Below are positions 37,310 through 50,500 of a stretch of DNA of 64,000 nt, one piece after another. The stretch lies in the NCBI GenBank assembly GCA_001949185.1, contig BDGG01000005.1:186001-250000 (forward strand). Reading direction: 5' to 3'. Position 1 is the stretch's first letter; each line of letters begins with the position of its first letter. Source of the DNA: Ramazzottius varieornatus (lineage: Eukaryota; Animalia; Tardigrada). The position numbers were made by a program, and so were the translations under genes. A model generated the notes under the pieces. It worked only from the letters and a program-made list of their open reading frames with translations, did no database searches and was not told the origin of the DNA.

Positions 37310-39483
37310 ATGGTGCAGTTATTGTGGAACGATGTGGCGCGGTTTGTGGAGAGTTTTGTCACAGGGATGCTTCTTGCTGTACGGTCTAGCTATATCACGA
37401 ACCCAAACGCCACAGGCGCCACTTTCAATGAGGGGGAAGTATTGCTACCTGCTCCTATCTATACCGCGGTGCCTCCAACTAACGGGTTCGTGGCGAGTGA
37501 CCCAGACGCTTCAACGGCGAATCCTGCAGCTTGGACACAAGGATACCTAACTGATCACGCTGACGTTGCGGATACTGTTGATGGTTCGCAGTCTTCGTTC
37601 GTGACAATAGGACAAGACACACCGGAGACTTCCCACGTAAGTAAAGATCACTCGTATGTGGGCACATTATTTCAACCAGAAGTGGCGCACGCTGCCAGCC
37701 AATATCAATGGAAACGTGCGCTACTTGGGGTAACGATCTGGTTCAACTCATTTGCCCACGAGTTCTTGCAAAGTCGCAAAACCCGAAATTCCATGACGTC
37801 TGCTCTGATTGTCGGTTACGATTTCCGTAGGGCGTGTCCGATTCCTCATCAAGAACAGACATGACTGCTGATCCGCACGGAATATCAACCGCGCCCGCAT
37901 CGCATGGTTCGAGCAACGCCACCGATGTGGTAACTCTTCAAGATCTGCAAACCGTGCTGATGTTATTGCAGAACGTACTGAACCGTCAAGCCTCAACCAT
38001 CACGAACATCATGTCCATGGTCAATCAGACAAATACCCGTCAAACTGACAGCATGCCGGCTGCTGGTTCGAATTCTGACCAGACATGGACACTCCCGGTT
38101 CTTGGCGCTCCACCAGCAGACTCATCAAGTTGGCAGTCTCATTCACAACCCTCCCAAAACCCACATCTCGGAACTGGGACCGTTGGCGCAGGAGCTAGCT
38201 ACAGTGCAATCTCTGCGCCGCCGCTGGCTGCACCTCCCTCCTCCTGGTGGCAAATTCCTGTTTCGCCAGCATTGAACGTGAACACTAGGCCCAACAGCCA
38301 GCCTAGTTCTATTCCGAACGCGCCTAGTTCAGCCGGTCTTCGGCCATCTCCTAATGGTTTTCTGGCACCTGCCGTGATCACTACCACCAACAAATTTCCA
38401 CGAGGACCATCCTTCCAAGCCACTTCCGGAACGATATTCAGCCCGAACGGAGAAGTCGCGGCCTTTCCAAGCCTAGGATCCAACAGTTACACGTTAGGTT
38501 CGACGAGCTTAAATTCCTGGACCAACAGCAATACAAGTGGTTTTTCCGGGACAAGTTCTCCTGACTCAACGAACGATGGTAAGCACGAACAGCTTTTCCT
38601 GAACAAGGGTCAGCGTAAATAAGACGTGCGATTTTTGCAGTCGTTACAGACTTTGGGGCTCTTCAGCAAGCCGGACGTTGCGGGATACCCGTCGATGCAG
38701 CAGGAGTTCAGCTGCGCCTGCAAGAAGTACGATCCAGGAATATCACTGAAAGAAATGCAGTGTAATCACTGACCCGTATTTTCTTGCTGTGTAGTTTATG
38801 GGAGGATGGTACGAATATTTGTACCGGACACCCGGCTTCAGCCCAGCCTACAACGTCTACAACAACTACAGCGCTCTCGGATACATATATCGTCGTGACG
38901 CCTACAGCTGGATGCTGGCTGCAACTTCGAATGTCTTTATGTACCTGGAATCTCCCCAGAGCAATGGGCAGCTACAATGCATTGGAATGTTTGAGCAGAC
39001 TAACTTCACCAGCGACGGCCAAAAGGTTGCGTTGTCCTTCTACCAAAATAACCCGCCAGGTAATATCAGCAATAAACCAAGGCTGTTTTCGCGGTTCGTG
39101 GACCAGTTTGATCATGCTTTCCAGTAAACTTCAGCTACGCGATTTTGTCGACGGACTACTCCAACATGGGTCTACTGTACCGCTGTAACAGACCAAACAC
39201 GACGACTCAGCTTTGTGACGACCCCTTTTTTTGGGTCAACACGAGGGTCGACCCGCGGACCTTATCCGCGTCCTCCAGGACCTACATACAAAGCTTAGTC
39301 GACAACGCCCTGCAACCCTACTGTTATTCCTCAAGGGACATGGTTCTCACCAACTGGACAAACGTTCCTGCGTGCGCACCTCCAGCTCCTCCGCAGTTCA
39401 CCTCGTTTGTACAAAATTTACAGTCAACATCAGCCTTAAGTGCCATGAAAACTCGCGATTATAGAAGAATACAGTTTTCTTGA
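37310..39483 (+). CDS. Lipocalin (ApoD-like) with a long Ser/Thr/Pro-rich N-terminal region; start uncertain
   Basis: Spliced C-terminus has ...RCGIP...|FMGGWYEY (SCR1 GxW), |VNFSYAILSTDYSNMGLLYRC (SCR2 TDY), FFWVNTR (SCR3) and terminal Cys. Confidence 0.75.
37658..37760. mobile_element. Family A palindromic element in an intron
   Basis: AAGTGGCGCACGCTGCCAGCCAATATCAATGGAAACGTGCGCTACTTGGGGTAACGATC, with outer GTGGGCA/TGCCCAC. Confidence 0.8.
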
Positions 39484-39926
39484 ACCTCACAGTTCGCTGA
39501 TTATCTAAAGTTTGTATTTCTTGCGATCTCGGTGGTGGTTACTCCGACAAACTCCGTTTAGGCAACAGTTATAAAGTGAGAGTGAGATCAACTGTATATA
39601 TATCAAGCTCCAGATGAGTGTGGCCGACCCTGCGTTCCTGTGGTCTCGCGGCATGCACGCACTTCGGACGCTCGGCACTGCTGGGACGAGCGCATCTCGC
39701 GCATTCCATAGCACTTTACCATTGTGTTGAAAGCTCACGTTCTCCTTGGCGACCTAGTTCGCGTATTTTATTCGTGGCGGCTTGAAGCTACGCGCTGTTC
39801 GTACTCGACAGGGCCGCTTCTGTTACGTATACTGTAGTCACTTCCGGTCAACCATCCATTCCTAGCCGTCGAGGATTTTCCCCCAGTCTGAGCACGCTTT
39901 GCTGATCAGATCACGCGAAGTTTAAC

Positions 39927-41039
39927 ATGAATATTTGTCAGATTTTTTATATGCGAGAACTACCGGAGCTTGTATCGCAAATCTTCTGGATGATAGTTCA
40001 CTTTTCAGTCATGAGCATATTCTTCTTCGATGCAGTGATCGCCCAGTCCGCAACGACGCTGATACCACCGGAAAATCTGCTGGAGCTTCTTGCCATCAAC
40101 AGCGCTATCCATGCCGTAAAACAGTCCCGGACTACCACCACTACTGAAATACCTCCCTCTACTGTAAGGCCGGGTGTTTTGAGCGGAGTACCCATTCCGA
40201 CCCTCTGGCCTGTTTTACCGGAAAGTTCTTCCCAATCGTGGAACTCAAATAAGAAACAACTGCAGCCAACTACAACAGCATCGAGCCTCCTGGGATATCA
40301 GCCCTACGTTGAAGATTATGCGATGTACCACAATAATATCGTGATCAGTCCTTCACGACTTCAAGTTCAACCCTTTCGTTACTACGTCGCAAATTCGGGT
40401 CCAGCTCCCGGAAGGCAACTATATGACGTTGTTCAGCAGCCACAGCAGAGTTCTTTACCACAAGCTGGCCTTGGACAAGCTACACTTCATGCTAATGGAC
40501 AACGTCAGGAACTTTTCACGTATTCTCCTTATTCAATTAATATCGGTTCGATAGGGCAAACTCAGCCTTCACTTCTCCAATACCTAATTAGTTCAGCAAA
40601 CAGTAACGCACAACCAGGAAGTGTTTCTACGAACGAAGTACCACAAGGAACGTCCTACTTCCTGCCGCAGGTATCAGCTCAGAATCCTCCTCGGTCCTCG
40701 ACAGGACTTGGAGGTCAGCAAGTCCAACAGATTAACAACCAAGTGCCTTCAGGACTTGCGCAAACGCTGAGTCAAGCCAATATTTACAGTTTGGTGCCGC
40801 CGGAAACTTATTCCAGCCAGCCAGGAACCGGGGGTAATTCAGTTTCGAACTCAAGATGGAACGAAAATCTCGGGCCCGTTTCCAACCCCGACGAAGGAAA
40901 ATCTGGGATTTATGGATATGGCGGGCAGCCGGGATATGCAGCCATTCCGTACAACTTTTATGTATCTAAAGACATATCGAATAATATTCAGAATTTCGTG
41001 GACTCTTCTAACCTTCCTTATCCTGGTTGTCATAAATAA
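39927..41039 (+). CDS. Hypothetical secreted Gln/Ser/Pro/Tyr-rich low-complexity protein, single exon
   Basis: 370-aa ORF; signal-like segment (MIVHFSVMSIFFFDAVIAQ); AATAAA overlaps the stop codon. Confidence 0.65.
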   Translation: MNICQIFYMRELPELVSQIFWMIVHFSVMSIFFFDAVIAQSATTLIPPENLLELLAINSAIHAVKQSRTTTTTEIPPSTVRPGVLSGVPIPTLWPVLPESSSQSWNSNKKQLQPTTTASSLLGYQPYVEDYAMYHNNIVISPSRLQVQPFRYYVANSGPAPGRQLYDVVQQPQQSSLPQAGLGQATLHANGQRQELFTYSPYSINIGSIGQTQPSLLQYLISSANSNAQPGSVSTNEVPQGTSYFLPQVSAQNPPRSSTGLGGQQVQQINNQVPSGLAQTLSQANIYSLVPPETYSSQPGTGGNSVSNSRWNENLGPVSNPDEGKSGIYGYGGQPGYAAIPYNFYVSKDISNNIQNFVDSSNLPYPGCHK

Positions 41040-41107
41040 AAACTGCTCGCGTGGCGTTTGTCTTGACTCTTGAATCGAACAAAATGTAAAATCAAAATTG
41101 TAAAAAC

Positions 41108-41178
41108 TGCGACACCCGGGAGTCGAACCCGGATCACCTGCTTGGAAGGCAGGCATACTACCGCTGTACTAGCGTCGC
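41108..41178 (-). tRNA. tRNA-Gly (anticodon TCC)
   Basis: Reverse complement GCGACGCTAGTACAGCGGTAGTATGCCTGCCTTCCAAGCAGGTGATCCGGGTTCGACTCCCGGGTGTCGCA forms a cloverleaf with a GGTTCGA T-loop, followed by a T5 Pol III terminator. Confidence 0.97.
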
Positions 41179-41521
41179 TATCGAATGTTATTGCTTTGTT
41201 TTATCGTGGAGATGACAAGAGTAGTTTTGCCACCATTGTACCTATCCGAAGGCAGACTGGGAAGTGCGAACTGCATGGTCCTCTGAAAGGGAAACCCCTG
41301 ATCTTCGCCAACCAAGTCCAGTCAGCAATCTGCGAATTTTTTAATGTGTCCGTTGATCGATACGGAAAAACATACTGTTGTTCTGAATGAAAGGTTGTAA
41401 GAACAGAGCACTTTACCGTCTTCAGGAGCCTCGTACGTGACATCTCGACACTGACAAACTCGTATAGTAACGCCCTGTCACACAAGAAAGCACAAGCACA
41501 ACAAAAAGAAAACAATACAGT

Positions 41522-44500
41522 TTACAAAGGGATGAATCGCAACACATGGGATGACTGCTTTTCCACTTGAGATATCTTGAACTGCAGGCGAAGAAGCCAC
41601 TTTTGTAACGGTTCACGGGACTTCTTGTAGTCACGCGATGTCATCATACTCGGAGCCGTTGGAATAACTGTTGAGGCCTGCACGGTCTCCAACGCGCGGA
41701 ACCGCATCTTCACTGCCAGTGGAAGCTAGATTACACCAAAGGAGTTTTGAGTAGAGTCCGGTGAGAAAGTGTTGGACAAGGAACAACTACTAACCTGGGA
41801 TTCGGGAGGAAGGAGTACCCCAACCCACATGGGGAGAAACTTGTTGAGCAGCGGCGAATTACATTCCTTTAGGTGCTCCATCATTGCCAAGAAATTGATG
41901 CCGACAATTTCTGACAACTAAAATGCACCCACCGAACTGTAAGCAAGTTCTCGAGAGGCTCTGAGGGTGCTTACGTTCTTGGAATGAGACACGAGCTGTA
42001 AGACGGCAGGCGTAACTTTCAGCCAGAAACTCAGCAAAGCGCTCTCGGCGGTCGACGCATCCTCCGAAGCTTCGGACATCTCGGTGGGATAAAGAGCGGC
42101 AGAGAGCTCGCAGTAGACTGTCCATAACTGACAGAGAGTAAACGCGTACGATAGGGAACACATGCGTTCCAGTGTATGTTGGGAAGACTGTGGGAGAGAA
42201 AAAAATATTACCAATTTCGTTTATTAAATAAATTCCCTCCAGGGGAGAAATACCTGAGTTTGTTCGGCAAAACAACCAAGAACCAATAATATGCGATCGG
42301 CCACGAATGAGTATATGGTGAATGGGAACAACTGGAACAGGACGATGTCGTCGTCGGTCGCTGCAGGTGGTGGAATGGAAAGCATTGTTTTGAGAGCGCC
42401 GAGGAGGAGCCAGGATAAGAGGCGGATATGGACAATGCAATCGTCGAACTCCCGAATCCTAACGGACATGGCGATATCGGATCAAATTTCACTGCGATGA
42501 GGGTGGAAATATCCAAAACTGGCTTACCCTTGTACTCCAGCGCTCTGGCTGAGGAGCCACGGCAGATATCGCTGCAGCGCCATTGGGTCCCGGTAGAGTT
42601 CCCTGACCAGTTCAAACGCCGCGAACTGAGCGAGTCCGGCCTTTATTCCGCCCCCCAGTGTATCGTCATTAAACATGAAACCAGGGTTAGCGTCCATCTA
42701 CAGAAAACCAGGAAAGTTACAACACGCCATCCCGTCTCTCGTGACTTTATATACGATCGACCTACTCGGAGGTTGTTGATCCCATGAATGTCTTTGAGAA
42801 AGTCGAGAACTTCCACGAGTGTTTCGCGGATACACTGGCTAATTTGTAGCTCAGGCTATAACACAAGGAACGTAATCTTCATTTGAAGGTCAGGCTGAGG
42901 TTTTCGTCTCACCTTTTTGCTTGTCTGGAAAACGTTATCAAAGTCGTGTGGCGAGAAGTGCAAATCGCCTTCGGTCGGTTCCTGGATAGCGGACTGCACG
43001 AGTGTGACCAAATTCAGTTCGGGTATGGGCTTCCGCAGCTTTATGGCATCCATCAAGGTCTCCGCCACCGCTCGAGCCATCTGCAGTCTCTCACGCTCCT
43101 AAAATCACATGTAGACCAAGGTATAAATTGTATGATAATGAATTGTACCGAATAATTAAGTTTGTTCGTACTTGAAAGCTTGATGCTTACCCGGATATGT
43201 GACTTGTAGCAAAGATTGCACATGTCCCGAATATCGGTCAAGCTCGGCGCACCGGATCGCAAAATCTGCCTGAATATCTTGTTCACGGGTTCCATGATGC
43301 TCTGAAGGAAAATAAAATGTGTTATGCTATAAGCAGATAAGACATATCGAAAAAATACGACATTTCATAATGTACTTTGTTTAGATGAAGTCCCGGAACG
43401 CGCATGATGTACTGGAGGAGTTTCGTCAGAACGCGCAGACAGCTAGTATAGTTCTCCGGTATGCGTCGGAGGAACTTATCGAAGTGCTCGAGAATCGGGC
43501 CCCAGCCAGACAACGGGACATCTAGCGGGAGGAACTCCATATAGACGCAAATGTTCGCCACGATGACGGATAGCGAATATTGAGAAGGGAACTTGATCTT
43601 CTCAGAGTGACATCGCTCGAGACAATGTTGTAGAGGTACCAGGGAATTGAACTCCTCGCAGTCGGCCAAGGAAGAAGCAACGATCTCCAGCAGCATGCAG
43701 CCGGGCAACTTTGAGAGGAACAAGACTGGAAAGAGCCGGCTGGGACCTAGCTGCATAGCCAACACTCTGACAAACTGCCGAATTGTCGTCATCAAGTTAC
43801 CCGGGATAAAAATATTCTGGCTACAAACAGAAAAAGGTAGAGCTATAACAGAAATTTGACTAGGTGAGATTCCATCCACCAAAATGGTTAAAATAATAAC
43901 GTTAATTACCTAAAGTTCTGCCATGAATATCGCAGGCAGGTGGCAGCACTGCAAATAATAACAGCAACGATTAGCGTAAATAGATTACATCGTTTCGGTC
44001 TCGCAATACAACGCCATCACTTTAAAATTACCACACGGCCGCGTCCAGAATATCCAACAGCAAGGGCGTGGCCAGACCAGGGTGTCGTCTGATCAGCGCT
44101 TCAAGACAAAGGATTGCCCAGCTAACATCGTCCTCTTTTAGTGTATGCATGGTTTCGCCACACATCGGACACCTCTGGTTGAAAAACGTATTGTGGGATG
44201 GCAGCGGCGGTATCGTGACAAAGCGTTCTGGTTCTTCGTGGTCAGTCGTGCTTTTAGACGGGGTCGCAGCAAAAATGTGGTTCAGGCCGCTCAATGCATC
44301 TCGGCGACGAGGGGTCAGAGGTTCCGCCGGTGGGAGCGCATCAGAATCATCAGCTTCTTCGCTAAGAATGGCCGACAGCGGTCGGCGGAACTTGAACCTG
44401 TCTTCCTTCGTTAGCGGTGTACAAATAAGTTTCCTGGGTCGAGTGACTGGGTAGGATCGACTTTGATAGGTCTTCGCTATGTGTTTAGCTAGATCGGGAA

Positions 44501-47500
44501 GAGGATCCTTGGCTTTCACAACTTTGGCTTCTCCCACCTTTATGCCAGCTTCGTCTTCTATAAGTGCGGCGGACCCAGGTGGATGCTTGGCAGAGTCGGT
44601 GATGTGGGGTTCTTTGGGAGTCATTTCTTTCGCTGTAAGCCGAAACAATGATGTTTCATGCTGTAGCTGAAGCCATACGGAAACTCGGCAAACAAATTCG
44701 TCCATATTGTCTTCCTGAGTGACGTACGTTTACAGTGACATTATCCGCAAGCGTGCGCCAATACCGAAACGATCAGTTCGAGTTTGTTTTCCGAGTTCCC
44801 ATATAACAATATTCAGGCCAAATCAGACATAATGTCAGAGACCATTGTATAATGGTATTGCTTCTTCAGATACAAATTTCTTACCAGGTCTTGCGGCTTC
44901 CTCGGGTCCATTAGCCGGTTCAGCAGTGTAGTTGCTTCCTAGCGGCGACTTGTACAGCGGTCCGATGTGTTTAGTGACGTAAGTTGCTGTTGAGGTCTTC
45001 GTCCACTTCTTGGCGGTCTGAATCTGCACGACATCGTTCTCCAGGATAGTGACGGTTGTCTTCGTCTCCACAGAATTTCCATCAGGATCGACATCTTGGG
45101 TGGACGCCACTAGTTTTTGTGTGTCCTTGAACTTTGATCTGGACTGTGACGTTTGTTCTATGTGGTCACTCTGGATTTTGGAGTAGGGCTCGTTAGGGTC
45201 CCTCGGGGTTTCATCAGTACCAACTGCTCGTTGGGGACCATGCTGAACAATCTGCCGGTAGACCACATCGGGAGGTGGCGCATTCTTGACAGCTTCACTC
45301 AGCTTATCCATTAGATCGGTAGCTAACAAACAACTTTTTGATAAGTTATAGTTTGAAATATGGTTAGAAGCTAGATATTCATGGTCGACGGGCTGATGAC
45401 CCAAGATGGACAGACAGTGTGCGGCCACTTTTTGTTCACCTGCGTACATCAAGCCGCATATTTAGAACGGCGCTTGTGTATGCAGGCCCTTAAAATTTAT
45501 TTCACAATTTGGAGTCTGGGCAAAGTTCCTCAGAAGTCTGGGGTCACGGCGTGGAGGCATAGTCGAGGTCTGACTCAAGGAAATCTAGGCAGGGGGTAGG
45601 GTAGCCCAAGGGTGGGGTCGGGGCTTGCCATGTGGAGCCCGAGAATTTTGAAGAAAAACCCGAAACCTTCCCTTGCCCTTCTCAAATTTCATCAGCTGTG
45701 CCTCTACGCTATGACCCCACCTTCTGAGGAACCTTGCCCACAGCCAATTTGTTCCAAAGGACCTTACCAGCTGTCAAGTCAGGAAGGTCCTTCGAGCCGC
45801 CCGGTGTGAAGGGTGTCTTCGCACCCGACTGCGAGGTTGCGGTCTTTGAGCCGCTTTCGTTGGAATAAGAAGAGTCCTGACTATCGAAGCTCAATGGATG
45901 ACGTCGTGATGGAGTAGGGTGGCCCTGAGAGGATTCGCCGCTAGGTTCGCTAATCAATGGTACGGTACCCATATTGAATGGACGTGATGTGACGCGATCT
46001 TTAGGTGTGGCCTCTTCGGATCCAGACTTTGTGTCCTCGGGTACCGACCTCCAGACCGACTCGCGACCATCCATTTCCGAGATGAAGGAGCTCTTTTTAC
46101 TGAGATGACCCAACGAATGAACAGTTTCATAACTGCAAGTGTGACCGAGAGACCGAACACTGTTTATGCAGAGGTGAATCAGGCGAGAGATGCCGTGGTG
46201 TTCCAGCATTTCTTGGGTACCATACTGGACGTAGAAAACGAATGTCAATACAAAATACGTACAAAGGGTAAGAAATGTTTCAAACCTTGAACAGCAGGAT
46301 AAAGAAGCTTTTCATCCATACGCTTCGGCAATGCGGCGGAAGATACGACAAATTGCGATAGCTGACAAGTGCGCGGCCACTCAAGGCGATCTCTGTCTGG
46401 GAGGTGGTACAGTAGTTCAGCAAAGCCACAGTAATGCTCAAGATGGTATTCGCCTGCTTCATGTTGCTGTCCAGTACTTCCGGAAGAACTGTTAGAAACG
46501 AGTGGAACGAGGTCGAGTTCCTCAGGTCCTTGACAAGGATGGCAAAATTCTGAGCCTCTTGGTGATAACCCAGGAAGTAGTTGAAACGTAAAAGAGTCTG
46601 TCGACGAAGCTCAACCTCTGTGGCGTCGCCCAGATCCGTAAACAGCCGTGTCCTAAAACATCGAACCACTCAACATCCTCACGAAAACTCACGAGAACAG
46701 TAGCCGAGTCAGCGCACAGCTTTCATGAACCTGCATACGCGGAGCTAAGCATCCACTACGGCAAGTACGTATGCAGGTGTGCGAGACACTCTTAGACTTC
46801 TTTCTGTCTGTGAGCTGACTCTCAGGAAGCATTTCAAATGTAATTTTCATTTTAGAGAACCAAACTACTTACATACCTCGACAGGAACTTCATGAAACCA
46901 TTGACTAGTGCATACAAAGGCGCTCTGTCCAACGTGGACCCACTTAAGCCATTGACCGCCTTGAAGATACGAGACGGGTAACTGGCTTCCTCCTCAGTGA
47001 AGTCCTTCCAATGGTCATTGGGGAACAGCGTACTAGCACCAGTTCGCGGCTTCTTGACGCTGGTAATTTCCATCGGTGTCGTAGTCTCCGGCGTTGACTG
47101 AAACTGCGATTCAGTCTTCGGCGTCACTTCCCCAAAGACAGTGGGCGAGGATTGCAGCGCTCTGTGGTTCGGGTTGGTCAACTTGCCACGCACCACAATC
47201 GCCTTCATATCTTTGGACCGCTGCATAGCCCGACGTACTTGTGTCATCTTCTCTCGAAGCACTTCCGGTGTCATCGTTGCATGTGTCTTCTTGTCTTCCA
47301 ACGTGAACCCGAGATCGTGCAACTCCATTTCAGTCTCGAGACACAGGCTGTCGAAACAGTCGTGGAAGAATTGCCAAGTGAAAATGCCTTCGGTTGAGAC
47401 AGTTGTGGACAGCTGTAGCATACGCTGGAGGATGGTGGGTCGGTCGTCAATAACGAGACCATAATGTGTCTGCAGGCACTTCATGAGGAACTCCACAGAG

Positions 47501-50500
47501 GACCGCTTTAGACATTTGATCCAAAGTCCAGCGGCCTCAGCCACCATGGCTTCCTCATCGAACATGCTAGCTATGAGGTGACAGAAGCCATTCGCCATTA
47601 GGCTATGTAGATCGTTTAAAGACTCGTTCTGGCAGTCCACGAAGCGGAAGATGATGGAAGTCCTTACGACAGCGCCTAACCGGACAGTCCAATCATCATT
47701 GAGAAAGGCATCGTCCAGGATGTTCCAAAAGACTTCTCCGCCAGGGGACAAAGATGCACAGTGAGCCATCAATGGCAAGAGCTCAGAAGCAAGATGGTCG
47801 CGCTCGTGACCGATCACTTTCCAGTGCACGGGTATCAGCAGGTTCTCCTGGACCCAAATCAAGAATCCTCGGGCTTCTTTGACGGCACTGGACAGGGCGT
47901 GGCCGTCTAAGCAGATAATTCGCACAGACCGAACTATGTCGACCAGCAAAGCCTGGTCTGAGTACACACCCAACAGCTTCGACAGTCCGTAAAGAAGCTG
48001 CAGTTCATACGGAAGTTCTGATAGCAAGAACTTGAATTTGCCCTGACTGGTGTGCCAGAAGCCATAATCGTCGTGAGAGAACCAAGAGCCTTTCCCCGAA
48101 CCATCCGGATCGATCGAAGTTGGCTCGGCCGCGGTACAAGCTGCCATTCCTACACCAGAAGCATGAGGTTCCATCGTTTCATCATCGGTTCGTATATTGG
48201 ATAACGGATATGTCAGCCTCACCGGTATCTTCGTCCGTCAGAGTAACAGCGCGCACCATAACAGGCGCAATCTTCTCCGAGTTGGTCAGATCGAAGCTCA
48301 TGGTTTCTTCCAGCATGAGTGACATCTGTTCTTCATTAGCATGCACATAGTGTTCGGTAGTGTCCGGTACTTCGCGGATAGGACCAACTTGGTATGGATC
48401 CCAATGTCTCATACTGTCCGATGCGCGGCTGGACTGTTTCATTTCCGACAAGGACGACCGCTCACTACGTACTGACCGAACATCAATTGCCGATCGATTA
48501 TGCTGTAAACAGAAAAGGCCAGAGATGAATTCACCTTACATAGGAAAACATCAGGTACAGGAATACCGGGCTCAAGTCCGTGTCTTTTTGAGAAGACGAG
48601 GATGCGCCTGCTTCGAACTCTGATCCATAGATATTCCGTAAGCTGTAAACCTTATCGAGCAGCTTGTGCGATAGTTTAAACCAGAGAGCTGGATAGTATG
48701 TGTCCACTGCGTCGGGCACCGGCTTGTTCTCACTTGGGTTCGCCACAGGTTGCACATGCCAGTTCGAGGCCAGCATCCGGTTTAGTAGAAGTAGCGAACG
48801 CACCCTCAAGTAATCCCAACCGATTTCTTGAAAGTTTTGGGCGTTCTCCAGCTATAAGTAACAATACTCACATTTCGACAACCAAAACATAACTTGATTA
48901 TTTTATTCATCTTCAATTTTCACTGCTACCTCTCACCACATGCTATATCTTCCAAACTGTCCAAGGACTGGATAATCATGCTCACCTGATGGCAAAGGAC
49001 GTCCAGCATGACAACAAAGCAAGGAAGAATAGTCTCGTGCTCCTCCGTTCCGCGTTCCACGGTGCTTTGGGGTACGACTCGTGGCTTACTTCCGGGTGGA
49101 CCTTCTGCACCTTTCCGTCTAGGGCGTAGCGTATTCTCCAGGATAAGTGTGTCGGCTGCCACCTGGAAGTGTTCTAGCAGCATCCGGATGGGAATGGTAG
49201 TCTTGTAGTTGCAAAGGACTTGAAGCCAGACAAGTGCGCGATAGGCTTGAGTGATACCCCCACTACGCAAACGTGTGAAGATGAAACTGTAGGTTTCTTC
49301 CAGGTTGAACGGCATCAGAGACATTTCCGTATCCAGAAGTTTTCTGTTAGACGATAAGAATTCAAGCAACATAATATGAAAATGATAAGAAGCATATTCT
49401 ACTAACAGCAGGAGCTTCGAGTAGCCTTTGGCATCGGCCTTCGGGTCTTCGTAATTTTTCAGGGTCGTCAGCCAGACCGGCATGACTTCCACCCAGACTC
49501 GAATGTCTACAATGTCGTACGAAGCCAAACACAGCAGAATGTTCAGGCTTTCGTAGACATCCCGTAGCTGAAGTGGTGACCTGTATGTAAAGAGTTTAGT
49601 TAGTGATCACCAGTGTCTATGACGCGCAAAGTTCGGTGAAACTTACAAGGTGGACTCGTTTATGCCGGCTTGTCCAGCCAGACATCCGACGACAGTTTCC
49701 GGTCGCTCGGCTGACATCTTCTTGATCCATGGGCAGACATAACGCTGCTTCAGGTGCTCTAGTCGGCGACTAAGATGATCGTCCCGAATGGTCGAGGTGG
49801 CGTGCAGCCATTTCAGACAGGCGTTAACAAGGTTCGGCAAATAAATTCCCTATGAATATCCGTAAACTATACTGTGTACTTCCCAATCCCAATGGCTGCT
49901 CATATCGGGTACGTACGTCGGGTATCGGAATGTTGTTAACCAGAACTTCGCGTAGAAGCCAGACACCGTATATGGTGTACGCCTTCAAGTCTTCCAGCGG
50001 GAAGTCCAGAGTCCACGAGTTGTCTTCCTCTATCACGCTAGCCGGTAGCTGGTAAGAGACGCCGGTCAACCGGACCTTGTCCACGAGCGTGCCGCAGTTC
50101 TTCAGCAACCTAAAAAAATTTGATGAAAGCTAGAAGAGCTCGGACTGTCACGGTGTAGACCTTACTTGACAACGGCGTCCCCCATAAACTGGCGATACAG
50201 TGGTGTAGTGTCCGACATCGGTGAAAACGATTGGGTTCGATGAGTTCTCGTGACTTCCGACCGGTGAAGATTGGTAGCGCACTCTTTGCATAATCGGAAT
50301 GGCTTGAAGTTGTTCAGTTTGCCGCATTCCCAAGAGCAGCATATGGTCGATACGACCTTCTTGTTTGATTGACATCGCTACAAATATTTATGGTGTGCGT
50401 ACACGGTTCTCCTTGATGCTCGCATGCGGGGGACTTACTGCGTTATCGCAGCGCTGGCCGACCCGTTTCAATCTGGAAAGATTGAAAGGCCGCAAGGCGG

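Noticed and set aside
37310-41039. Assignment to tardigrade CAHS/SAHS/MAHS/Dsup families
   Set aside because: No CAHS-type charged helical repeats, and the barrel motifs are lipocalin-type (TDY) rather than FABP-like SAHS.
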